DNA from: a candidate division WOR-3 bacterium
GTDB lineage: Bacteria; Hydrothermota; Tepidihabitantia; Tepidihabitantales; CAIPLT01
Direction of reading: 5' to 3'
Assembly (NCBI GenBank): GCA_039801505.1
Contig: JBDRUV010000001.1
Coordinates: 275,681-339,680 of the forward strand
Length of the DNA: 64,000 nucleotides
Shown: positions 8,910 to 17,181 of the stretch, piece after piece
Numbering within the stretch: position 1 is the first letter of the stretch
Layout: each line of letters begins with the position of its first letter
Made by a program: the position numbers and the translations under genes
Notes under the pieces: model-generated
What the model was told of the DNA's origin: nothing
The model's input: only the letters and a program-made list of their open reading frames with translations
Databases searched by the model: none

Positions 8910-9926
8910 ATGGATAACATTTTAGGTAAATATATCGATAAATGTTATAAATATGTAAAAAACGAGGAGAAGATCGCGGCGTTATCCCGCATCTCCTGGG
9001 CCCGTTCGGCCGGTGGTTGTTGGTCAACGAAAGAAGGATATATCCTAAGAGGGGACGTCTTGAAAATTACGGTTGACCAAAAGAATATAGACAAAGATCT
9101 GCGCCAGGCAATTGAGAAACGCGCTCTAATTGAAAAACAAATTAAGCTACTTATCAGAACTGCCAAACGGAGAGGTGTTAAACTGCCATTTGAAGAACTT
9201 GCCCAACGATATGGGCTATCGTCTTTGGAAAAATTGGTTTTTATGACAATTTTTTACAACCGATTATTCAATGTAAAAGACGGAGGCATCCCATACGATC
9301 TTACTGTTAATGAAGTTTTTAAAAAATTAGGAGTCGAACCGAGTAAATATCTTCAAATTGACCGAGCACTTAAGAGGTTAAAGCGGTTGGGATTAATATT
9401 TATAACAATCTCCACCGTATATGTCGACTATTGGGATAAGGATTTTAGGAAGATATCGAAATTGCACTCGTTGTTCCCGGTTTGCTCTAGCAAGATCGAA
9501 ATTAATCCCCAAATTTTTGAATACTTTAAGCTAGATACTCCTATTAATGACAGGCGTAAATTTACTAACAACCCTGATGACAACCCTGATGAATTACCGG
9601 TCGAAATCGAAACCACAATACTTCAAGTCCGAGAACCGAGGATAGATTTTGAGCAAATTATTCTCAATCAGGAACAAACCCAGTTGGTTAATCAAGTGAT
9701 CTATCATGCTAGCCAGGGCATTGAAACTTTATCTAATTGGGGTTTTGATAAAACCATAAAGTATGGCAAAGGGGTGGTGGTGCTGTTTTATGGACCACCT
9801 GGTACTGGCAAGACTGCAACCGCCGAAGCCATTGCCCATCGCTTGGGCAAAAGAATAGGGATTGTGAGCTATGACCAACTTTTAAGTAAATGGTTAGGGG
9901 AGTCAGAAAAAAAAACTTGGTGTTAG
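8910..9926 (+). CDS. AAA+ ATPase paralog 1, N-terminal part. Novel ~250-aa N-domain plus Walker A. The frame ends at an A9 tract and continues in the -1 frame as ORF 9890-10429
   Basis: Strong SD AAAGGAGGG. Ends ...YGPPGTGKTATAEAIA...LGESEKKTWC*. Homologous throughout to the 490-aa protein at 11213-12685. The A9 run is at 9907-9915. Confidence 0.6.
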   Translation: MDNILGKYIDKCYKYVKNEEKIAALSRISWARSAGGCWSTKEGYILRGDVLKITVDQKNIDKDLRQAIEKRALIEKQIKLLIRTAKRRGVKLPFEELAQRYGLSSLEKLVFMTIFYNRLFNVKDGGIPYDLTVNEVFKKLGVEPSKYLQIDRALKRLKRLGLIFITISTVYVDYWDKDFRKISKLHSLFPVCSSKIEINPQIFEYFKLDTPINDRRKFTNNPDDNPDELPVEIETTILQVREPRIDFEQIILNQEQTQLVNQVIYHASQGIETLSNWGFDKTIKYGKGVVVLFYGPPGTGKTATAEAIAHRLGKRIGIVSYDQLLSKWLGESEKKTWC

Positions 9927-10429
9927 CATTTAATGAAGCCCGGGAGACCGATTGTGTTCTACTATTTGACGAGGCTGATAGTCTTTTTGCTTGCCGCCTT
10001 ACTGAGTCACGGAGTGTAGATCGAATGCATAATTATATGACCAATATTCTGATGCAGGAACTAGAGCGATTTGATGGGGTGGTGATTTTAACCACCAATC
10101 GAGAATATGCGTTTGATGAGGCATTTCCGCGTCGGATTCTTTATAAGATTAAGTTTGATATTCCTGGGCCTGCCGAGCGGGCTAGGATCTGGCGGGCCTT
10201 AATACCCCCTGAGGCGCCCTTGGCTCCAGATGTCGATTTTAACCTATTAGCCGAGAAATATGCCCTTACCGGCGGAGAAATTAAAAATGTGATTATAAAA
10301 GCCGCCCTCGAAGGTGCCTCGCAGAATTCGAATATGTTGTCAATGGCATTATTTACTAAATATGCCGAGATCGAACTGGAAAATACAGATCGAAAAGTTA
10401 AACGTCATATTGGTTTTAGGAATGACTAA
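9890..10429 (+). CDS. AAA+ ATPase paralog 1, C-terminal part (Walker B DEAD-like LLFDEAD, sensor and lid). It is in the -1 frame relative to 8910-9926
   Basis: After the A9 tract the frame reads NLVLAFNEARETDCVLLFDEADSLFACRL..., which is collinear with residues ~320-490 of paralog 2. A ~320-bp stretch is 100% nucleotide-identical to 12219-12536. Confidence 0.6.
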   Translation: MVRGVRKKNLVLAFNEARETDCVLLFDEADSLFACRLTESRSVDRMHNYMTNILMQELERFDGVVILTTNREYAFDEAFPRRILYKIKFDIPGPAERARIWRALIPPEAPLAPDVDFNLLAEKYALTGGEIKNVIIKAALEGASQNSNMLSMALFTKYAEIELENTDRKVKRHIGFRND

Positions 10430-10512
10430 TAATTGCTCGAAAAGCAGGTTTCAGGCGCGATATATAACGCTCGATAGCCAATTATACAGATCAACTAAAA
10501 GCTAAAATAGAA

Positions 10513-10556
10513 GGCGGGGTGGTGGTAGGGTACACAGTCCCCTACACCCCCGCCGA
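10513..10556 (+). repeat. GC-rich hairpin element, copy B (GGCGGGGTGGTGGTAGGGTACACAGTCCCCTACACCCCCGCC). It forms a ~17-bp stem and sits 84 nt after the AAA paralog 1 stop
   Basis: Near-perfect inverted repeat with no downstream U-tract. Shares GGTAGGG, TACACAGT and TCCCCTAC with copies C and E. Confidence 0.45.
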
Positions 10557-11212
10557 TAAACCTTACGCAAATAAGCCAGACACGATTAAATTGCACTTAG
10601 GTGGATATTATTTTAACCATAATCAAATCATCACCAGTCTTTCAGCCTGGTATTTGGTGGTTATATTATTGGGATACCCATATCTCAACATTACCCCGAT
10701 GATTAACGATAGCTCTATGTCCCCTAAGCTTGCAGCAAAACTCGGAGGTCTCATTTTAAGTTATAAGTGTTTGATTAACAAAGCATTCTCTAAAAACAGT
10801 CCATCGGACGCAATTATTGTGTGTTGTAAGTCTTTGTTTTATAAATTATTACAAAAATGATATATTTTATGTAATGTTTAAGTCCTTGATAATTAATATC
10901 TTGGAAACACGATCGAAACGATTTTATAAATCATTGTGTATCAAGGCGAAATTTGTTGTTTTATTAGTGTGAACAAGGGGGGTAACTGCCATTATATGTT
11001 AGGAAGACATGTAACGCTGTTAGGAGCAAAAATGCACTGCGATTGGCGGATTATGGAGATAAGAAGGCTGTTATTAGGGAAAACTTTATGGGTTATCATA
11101 TAAAGAGGGGCTATGTTAAACTTCAATAAAGAAAGGAGGTTATATGGACTAAAAATAACCTTAAATCCCAGCAATTTGGCCATAAAAAATAAAGTCAAGA
11201 AAGGAGGATTGA

Positions 11213-12685
11213 ATGAATAGCCAAAAATCAATGGATTTGGATAGCAAAAAATCAATAATAAACTCGTATATTGATAAATGCTATGAGCTAGTTAGGATCC
11301 ATGAGAGATTAGTTAGGCTCTCGCGACAAGAAGGTAGGTGGTTTCCATTCGGCGGTTCCGATTTGGATATAAATGATACCTCAGTTAACAAAACATTCCG
11401 AGAAACATTAAAAGAGAAAGCACGCATTGAAAAAGAACTCAAGAAAATTATACGCCAGGCGAAAGCTCAAGGGTTAACTTTGCCATTTGAGGAAATTGCC
11501 CAAAAGTATAATTTATCGCCATCAGCAAAATTACTGCTCATGGTGGTTTTTTACCATGGAACTCTGGATTCGAGGGACGAAGAGGTAGTGTGTGGACGGA
11601 TTTTTGAGGTTTTGGCTACGAAGCCCAGTGAAAATTTAGAGCTTAGGAGGATAATTAACCAGTTTTTAGAAACTGAACTATTAGAAGAGGCCTCAGATGA
11701 CTCTTGGTTGCTTACATCCCGGTCCCGGCGAGCTGAGCTTTTAAGCAATCTTCAAGTTCGGCTAGGTCCAAAAGTCCTTGAGATTTTAAAACCGGCCCTA
11801 GATCTCAATTTTATAAACCCTCGAGGTTCTAAAAAAATTTTTAATGAGTTGAGGATGAAGCCGAAAGCCCATAAAATTCTTAGTATTCGGGAGCCTCAAT
11901 TGAGCTTTGACCAAATTGTTCATCCTGAGGAGCGACTTCAAATGCTTAATCGGATTATTTTTGATATTAAGTACGGTAATGAAAAATTATTAAAATGGGG
12001 TTTTGATAAAACCATAAAGTATGGCAAAGGGGTGGTGGTGCTGTTTTATGGACCACCTGGCACCGGTAAGACCGCAACTGCCGAGGCTATAGCCTGCGAA
12101 ACTAAAAAGAAACTTGGAGTTGTAAACTACGCACAACTTTTAAACTACTATGTTGGTGAGTCAGAAAAGAATTTGATGAAAGTTTTTAACGAGGCTCGAG
12201 ACGAGAACTGTATATTGCTATTTGACGAGGCTGATAGTCTTTTTGCTTGCCGCCTTACTGAGTCACGGAGTGTAGATCGAATGCATAATTATATGACCAA
12301 TATTCTGATGCAGGAACTAGAGCGATTTGATGGGGTGGTGATTTTAACCACCAATCGAGAATATGCGTTTGATGAGGCATTTCCGCGTCGGATTCTTTAT
12401 AAGATTAAGTTTGATATTCCTGGGCCTGCCGAGCGGGCTAGGATCTGGCGGGCCTTAATACCCCCTGAGGCGCCCTTGGCTCCAGATGTCGATTTTAACC
12501 TATTAGCCGAGAAATATGCCCTTACCGGCGGAGAAATCAAAAATGCCATACTTAAAGCTGTCAAAGATAGTATTTATTTAGGAAATGAGTGTATTACGAT
12601 GGAGTTGCTCTCGAAACACGCCCAGGCTGAGCTGGAAAATGTCAATCGGAAGACTAAGAAGTCAGTAGGATTTAAGGCCGAATGA
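11213..12685 (+). CDS. AAA+ ATPase paralog 2, intact (490 aa; classic clade, SpoVK/Ycf46/Vps4-like core; novel N-terminal domain)
   Basis: Walker A GPPGTGKT, Walker B ILLFDEAD, TTNR sensor-1 and arginine-finger region. SD AAGAAAGGAGG. N-domain shares YIDKCY and LPFEE(I/L)AQ(K/R)Y.LS with paralog 1. Confidence 0.8.
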   Translation: MNSQKSMDLDSKKSIINSYIDKCYELVRIHERLVRLSRQEGRWFPFGGSDLDINDTSVNKTFRETLKEKARIEKELKKIIRQAKAQGLTLPFEEIAQKYNLSPSAKLLLMVVFYHGTLDSRDEEVVCGRIFEVLATKPSENLELRRIINQFLETELLEEASDDSWLLTSRSRRAELLSNLQVRLGPKVLEILKPALDLNFINPRGSKKIFNELRMKPKAHKILSIREPQLSFDQIVHPEERLQMLNRIIFDIKYGNEKLLKWGFDKTIKYGKGVVVLFYGPPGTGKTATAEAIACETKKKLGVVNYAQLLNYYVGESEKNLMKVFNEARDENCILLFDEADSLFACRLTESRSVDRMHNYMTNILMQELERFDGVVILTTNREYAFDEAFPRRILYKIKFDIPGPAERARIWRALIPPEAPLAPDVDFNLLAEKYALTGGEIKNAILKAVKDSIYLGNECITMELLSKHAQAELENVNRKTKKSVGFKAE

Positions 12686-12740
12686 ACTAGTTATGTTTAC
12701 CCCTGGAATTATTCTCGGCCTCGATGCTAAATAGTTTATG

Positions 12741-12768
12741 TTGACATTTGAGCTATAAAAGTTATAAT
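12741..12768 (+). promoter_or_regulatory. sigma70 promoter TTGACA-16-TATAAT for htrA; the predicted transcription start is at or next to the ATG, giving a leaderless mRNA
   Basis: TTGACA at 12741-12746, TATAAT at 12763-12768, ATG at 12776, no SD. Confidence 0.4.
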
Positions 12769-12775
12769 TACAGAT

Positions 12776-13963
12776 ATGCGACGAATCATCGTCTATCTTG
12801 TTGCTCTCCTTCTGATTATCCTAGGTGGTGCGTTTATCTTATTACCCCGGGCCAGTAAGACGATTGTGCTTCATCAATATGACACCTCGGATCTTATAAA
12901 AAAGACAAGTCTTGAGACCGAGCTTAATAATTCTCGAGTTACAGCCATTGTTCGGGCGGCAAGAAAGGTAAGCCCAGCCGTGGTTTCAATTACTGTGATT
13001 CAGGAACGCATTGTTACCACTGCGCCATTTTTTAGTCCATTTGCTGATCCATTTTTTGACGAGTTCTTTCGAGATTTTTTCCCTCGTCGCCAATATCGTG
13101 AGCAGGTTCAGAGTTTAGGATCTGGGGTTATCATTAGCCCGGATGGCGATATTGTGACAAACGCCCATGTTGTAGAAAAAGCCACAAAAATCAAAGTAAC
13201 TCTACCAGATAATCGCGAGTTTGACGGTGAAGTCGTTGAGATCGATCCTACTTATGACTTGGCTTTAGTACGGGTCAAAGGGAAAAATTTACCATACGCT
13301 GAGCTAGGCAGCTCTGATGATTTAATGATTGGTGAATGGTGTATTGCTCTAGGTAATCCCTTTGGTTTTTTACTTGAGGATGCCCAACCAACTGTTACCG
13401 TTGGTGTAATCTCAGCTGTAAACCGGACAATAAAGTCTAGTCGGGGTGACGAACGGGTTTATCGGAATATGATTCAGACCGATGCCGCTATTAATCCAGG
13501 AAATTCCGGTGGGCCATTAGTAAACGCTTTAGGTGAGGTTATTGGCATAAACACATTTATTTTCTCACGCAGCGGTGGTTCCGAGGGTATTGGCTTTGCG
13601 ATTCCTATAAATGTTGTGAAGAAATTCATTAAAGAAGCCCAAAGCACAGCAAAGAAAAAGATCAGCGAAGCGGAAATCCCGAAAGTGAAGACCAAGATCG
13701 GCCTTATTGTCAGTGATAACAATTATACGCTAATGCGGAAATATCGGCTAACTTCAGCTGAGGGGGTTGTAGTAGTGGAAGTGGAACGAAACTCGATTGG
13801 CGAGATTTTAGGCGTGATGGCAGGCGATATTGTGAAATCACTTAATAACACCCAGCCAAAGAATGCGCAAGATTTAGCAAAAATTGCCGAACAGATAGGC
13901 CGCCAAGTTGATTTAGTTATTGACCGACAGGGCGAAACAATTAGAATGTTTTACCGATACTAA
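12776..13963 (+). CDS. htrA: HtrA/DegP-family periplasmic serine protease (trypsin-like domain plus one PDZ)
   Basis: N-terminal TM anchor, catalytic motifs TNAHV, D and GNSGGPL, C-terminal PDZ. Confidence 0.85.
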   Translation: MRRIIVYLVALLLIILGGAFILLPRASKTIVLHQYDTSDLIKKTSLETELNNSRVTAIVRAARKVSPAVVSITVIQERIVTTAPFFSPFADPFFDEFFRDFFPRRQYREQVQSLGSGVIISPDGDIVTNAHVVEKATKIKVTLPDNREFDGEVVEIDPTYDLALVRVKGKNLPYAELGSSDDLMIGEWCIALGNPFGFLLEDAQPTVTVGVISAVNRTIKSSRGDERVYRNMIQTDAAINPGNSGGPLVNALGEVIGINTFIFSRSGGSEGIGFAIPINVVKKFIKEAQSTAKKKISEAEIPKVKTKIGLIVSDNNYTLMRKYRLTSAEGVVVVEVERNSIGEILGVMAGDIVKSLNNTQPKNAQDLAKIAEQIGRQVDLVIDRQGETIRMFYRY

Positions 13964-13968
13964 CGAAG

Positions 13969-15288
13969 ATGCTGGAACGATATACGACTCCAGAGATGAA
14001 AATACTTTGGTCGGAGGAGACCAAGTATCAATTATGGCTAGAAGTTGAACAAGCCGTAGCCCGAGTCCAAGGTGAATTGAGGATTATTCCTAAAAATTTT
14101 TATAAAAAGCTAAAAAAAATTAAATTAGACACTTCAAAGATCTCCGAGTACGAAGGACTATTTCAGCATGATGTCATTGGATTTCTACGAGCGATTGAGG
14201 ACCAGTTAGCTACTGACAGTAAATATCTTCATTGGGGGCTAACATCTTATGATATTGTTGATACCGCCTTAGCGCTTAGATGCCTAAAAGCAATTGATTA
14301 TTTACTGGAAGCCTTGCGAGATCTCAGGACAGTTATAAAAAATTTAGCCCTAAAATACAAATACACCCTCATGATTGGCCGTACCCATGGTATTCATGCC
14401 CAACCGATTACTTTTGGCGTTAAGTGTCTTTCTTGGTATAGCGAGATACAACGAAATATTATGCGTCTAATAATTACTAAAGAAAATTTACGGTACGGCA
14501 AAATTTCTGGTGCGGTTGGGTGTTATCAAACCGTCTCACCCGAGGTGGAACGTCGGGCATTGAAATATTTAGGGTTGAAGCCAGAGCCGGTTTCTACTCA
14601 GATTATTCCCCGAGACCGTCACGCCGAGCTATTAGCGGTTTTAGCAATTTTGGCTGGCGGCTTAGAACGGATTGCGACTGAGATTCGGAATCTGCAGCGG
14701 AGCGAAATCGACGAGGTCTCAGAGCCATTTAGCAAGACGCAACGAGGTTCGTCTGCTATGCCACATAAGAGAAATCCAATCATTTCCGAGAGAATCTGTA
14801 GTTTAGCACGCTTAATTAGGGGTTATCTTCTAGTTAGTTTAGAAAACATTGCTCAATGGCATGAGCGCGATTTAACCAATTCGGCTAACGAACGCATAAC
14901 AATTCCTGCAACAACTAGTATTATTCATTATATGATTTTAAAGCTAATAGCGGTGCTAAAAAACTTAGTTGTGAAGCCAGAACAGATGGCGAAAAATCTC
15001 CAAGCCTCAAATGAGCTTTATTTATCTCAGAATTTAATGCTTCATTTAATTAAAAAAGGGCTGGATCGAAACAAGGCTTATGAATTAGTTCAAAAACTTT
15101 CCTTTGAGGCACAAGCGCGGTCTCAACCGTTAAGTCGTGTCGCTTTAGAGCATAAACAAATTAAAGAGATTTTGTCGCACCAAGAACTAGATGATTTATT
15201 TTCAGAAAACCGGTTAAAAAGTAATGTAGACATTATTTTTAACCGTACTTTAAAGCTTAAGGAAAGGAGTAACAATGATCGATTTTAG
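13969..15288 (+). CDS. purB: Adenylosuccinate lyase
   Basis: MLERYTTPEM..LWSEE.K...WLEVE N-terminus is typical of PurB. Fumarate-lyase signature GSSAMPHKRNP. Confidence 0.9.
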   Translation: MLERYTTPEMKILWSEETKYQLWLEVEQAVARVQGELRIIPKNFYKKLKKIKLDTSKISEYEGLFQHDVIGFLRAIEDQLATDSKYLHWGLTSYDIVDTALALRCLKAIDYLLEALRDLRTVIKNLALKYKYTLMIGRTHGIHAQPITFGVKCLSWYSEIQRNIMRLIITKENLRYGKISGAVGCYQTVSPEVERRALKYLGLKPEPVSTQIIPRDRHAELLAVLAILAGGLERIATEIRNLQRSEIDEVSEPFSKTQRGSSAMPHKRNPIISERICSLARLIRGYLLVSLENIAQWHERDLTNSANERITIPATTSIIHYMILKLIAVLKNLVVKPEQMAKNLQASNELYLSQNLMLHLIKKGLDRNKAYELVQKLSFEAQARSQPLSRVALEHKQIKEILSHQELDDLFSENRLKSNVDIIFNRTLKLKERSNNDRF

Positions 15289-16477
15289 TTTCACCGAGGA
15301 ACAACTAATGATCCAAAAGTTAGCTCGGGATTTTGCCCAAAAAGAAGTAGCACCGCGGATTAAAGAACTCGATGAAAAAGCCGAGTTTGACCGTTCGATC
15401 TTAACCAAAATGGCGGAATTAGGGCTATTAGGTCTAACAATCCCTACCCGATACGGTGGGAGTGGCGGTGATTACATCTCACTGGGTTTGGCATGTGAGG
15501 AATTAGAATATGTAGATACCTCACTGCGCGTAATTCTTTCTGTGCATATCGGACTTAATAGCTTAACACTCTTAAGCTGGGGAACCGAAGAACAGAAGCA
15601 GAAATATCTAGTACCTCAAGCCCAGGGCAAAAAAATTGCAACTTTTGGGCTTACCGAACCCAATGCCGGCAGCGACGTTGTGGCGATTGAGGCCCGGGCA
15701 CACCGGGATGGTGACGATTGGATTCTTAATGGCGAGAAAATGTGGATTTCCTTAGCCGATGTTGCTGATAATTTTCTAATCTTTGCCTGGACCGATCCCG
15801 AAAAGCGCAAGAAACGCGATCATTCCGGCATCAGTTGTTTTATTGTCGAGCGCAGTTTTCCCGGTGTCAGCACAGCAACTATTCACGGAAAACTAGGAAT
15901 TCGGGCTGGTAACACCGGTTCCATCTCATTAGCTGATGTTCGAGTGCCCAAAGAAAATATGCTTGGACAAGAAGGTGAGGGTTTTAAAATTGCCATGTTT
16001 GCATTAGACCAGGGGCGATACACTGTAGCCGCAGGCGCTACCGGATTAATTCGGGCTTGCCTTGACCACTCAATAAAATATGCTAATGAACGTAAAACCT
16101 TTGGTGAAGTTATTGGCAAACACCAGCTAGTAAAAGAAATGATTACCGAAATGGTCGTAGGATATGAATGTGCGCGTCTTTTGTGGTTAAAAGCTGGTTG
16201 GTGTAAGAACAAAGGCTTAAGGAGTACCCGAGAAACCTCTTTGGCAAAAATGTTTGCCTGCGACGCTTCAGAACGAGCAGCATCCCTGGCCGTACAGATT
16301 TATGGTGCTTATGGTTATTCTAATGAATATCCGGTCGAGCGATTCTATCGCAATGCCAAAGGCGCAGTGATTTACGAAGGCTCACGAGAAATCCATAAAA
16401 TTATGCAAGCCGATTATGCATTAGGTTACCGAGTGGATAAGCCAACTCGTTGCACTTTACCACTTCCTGAGGAATAA
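15275..16477 (+). CDS. Acyl-CoA dehydrogenase (short-chain/butyryl-CoA dehydrogenase-like)
   Basis: FTEEQ..I...ARDFA..E..P N-terminus; ACAD middle and C-terminal domains; catalytic YEGS.EI near the C-terminus. Confidence 0.85.
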   Translation: MIDFSFTEEQLMIQKLARDFAQKEVAPRIKELDEKAEFDRSILTKMAELGLLGLTIPTRYGGSGGDYISLGLACEELEYVDTSLRVILSVHIGLNSLTLLSWGTEEQKQKYLVPQAQGKKIATFGLTEPNAGSDVVAIEARAHRDGDDWILNGEKMWISLADVADNFLIFAWTDPEKRKKRDHSGISCFIVERSFPGVSTATIHGKLGIRAGNTGSISLADVRVPKENMLGQEGEGFKIAMFALDQGRYTVAAGATGLIRACLDHSIKYANERKTFGEVIGKHQLVKEMITEMVVGYECARLLWLKAGWCKNKGLRSTRETSLAKMFACDASERAASLAVQIYGAYGYSNEYPVERFYRNAKGAVIYEGSREIHKIMQADYALGYRVDKPTRCTLPLPEE

Positions 16478-16481
16478 CCTT

Positions 16482-16676
16482 ATGCCCGTAATATATCTTA
16501 AATCCGGAGGTTATATTGAATGCGAAGGATATACCATAAAAGATAATTGTGCCCGAGCGATTGGCGCAGTGTTGAAAGAAACTGAACAGCTACCAGAATC
16601 CAAAAAGTACGCGGAGGCAGTAATCCCTCTAGCGAATATTCTATTTATTTTGCCTCAGCAGTTAAGTAATAAGTAA
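16482..16676 (+). CDS. Hypothetical 64-aa protein; weak call
   Basis: ORF follows the acyl-CoA dehydrogenase with a 4-nt gap; no recognisable motifs. Confidence 0.2.
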   Translation: MPVIYLKSGGYIECEGYTIKDNCARAIGAVLKETEQLPESKKYAEAVIPLANILFILPQQLSNK

Positions 16677-16699
16677 ATAGATATTAAGGTAAATAGATA

Positions 16700-17179
16700 T
16701 TAAGACAGTTTTGCTTCGGGTTTTCGTACGGTAAGCACAGGCCGGCTAGAAAGTCTGATAATTTTTTCGGCAACTGAGCCGAAAATAAAATGACGCCAGC
16801 CGGTTCGGCCATGGGTGGCTGTAACAATAAGGTCAACATCGAAGAGATTAGCAACATGCAGAATTCGTTCGGCCGGCTCACCATATTCGACAATTGGCGT
16901 GATTTTTAACTCCAAGCTTAAATGGGTTTTTATAAGCTCGTCTAAATTTTTTTGTGCTTCAGTGATTAATGTTTGCCGATAGGCGTTGAAATCGAGACTT
17001 CCGGGAATACCAGCCGCAGTAAAAGGCGGCGGTGTACTAGTTAAAGGAATTGTGGGTACGACATAAATTACAAAAAGCTCAGCGTTAAATTGTCGCGCTA
17101 AATCGTGAGCGAATTGCAACGCATATAATGAAGGTTCAGAAAAATCAGTTGGACAAAGGATTTTAGATACTTTAAACAT
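16700..17179 (-). CDS. Universal stress protein (UspA family)
   Basis: ILCPTDFSE...A...A...A.....A.L.V..V...; C-terminal ATP-binding motif VTATHGRTGWRHFIFGSVAEK. Confidence 0.8.
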   Translation of the reverse strand: MFKVSKILCPTDFSEPSLYALQFAHDLARQFNAELFVIYVVPTIPLTSTPPPFTAAGIPGSLDFNAYRQTLITEAQKNLDELIKTHLSLELKITPIVEYGEPAERILHVANLFDVDLIVTATHGRTGWRHFIFGSVAEKIIRLSSRPVLTVRKPEAKLS

Positions 17180-17181
17180 TC

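Noticed and set aside
8481-8925. ORFs 8481-8726(-), 8638-8925(+) and 8148-8333(+) in the island leader
   Set aside because: They are translations of the AT-rich iteron repeats (YIYTF.., low complexity), with no SD or motifs. I treat the region as regulatory, non-coding DNA.
8057-10556. Integron gene cassette with attC sites
   Set aside because: The elements are imperfect palindromes, but they lack the attC R/L core GTTRRRY/RYYYAAC, no intI is present, and the same element family occurs at housekeeping loci.
10314-11255. ORFs 10314-10505, 10519-10860 and 10992-11255(-) between the two AAA genes
   Set aside because: Low-complexity, AT-rich, no SD, and they overlap hairpin element B. It is more likely a long leader or spacer. 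A small ncRNA cannot be excluded.
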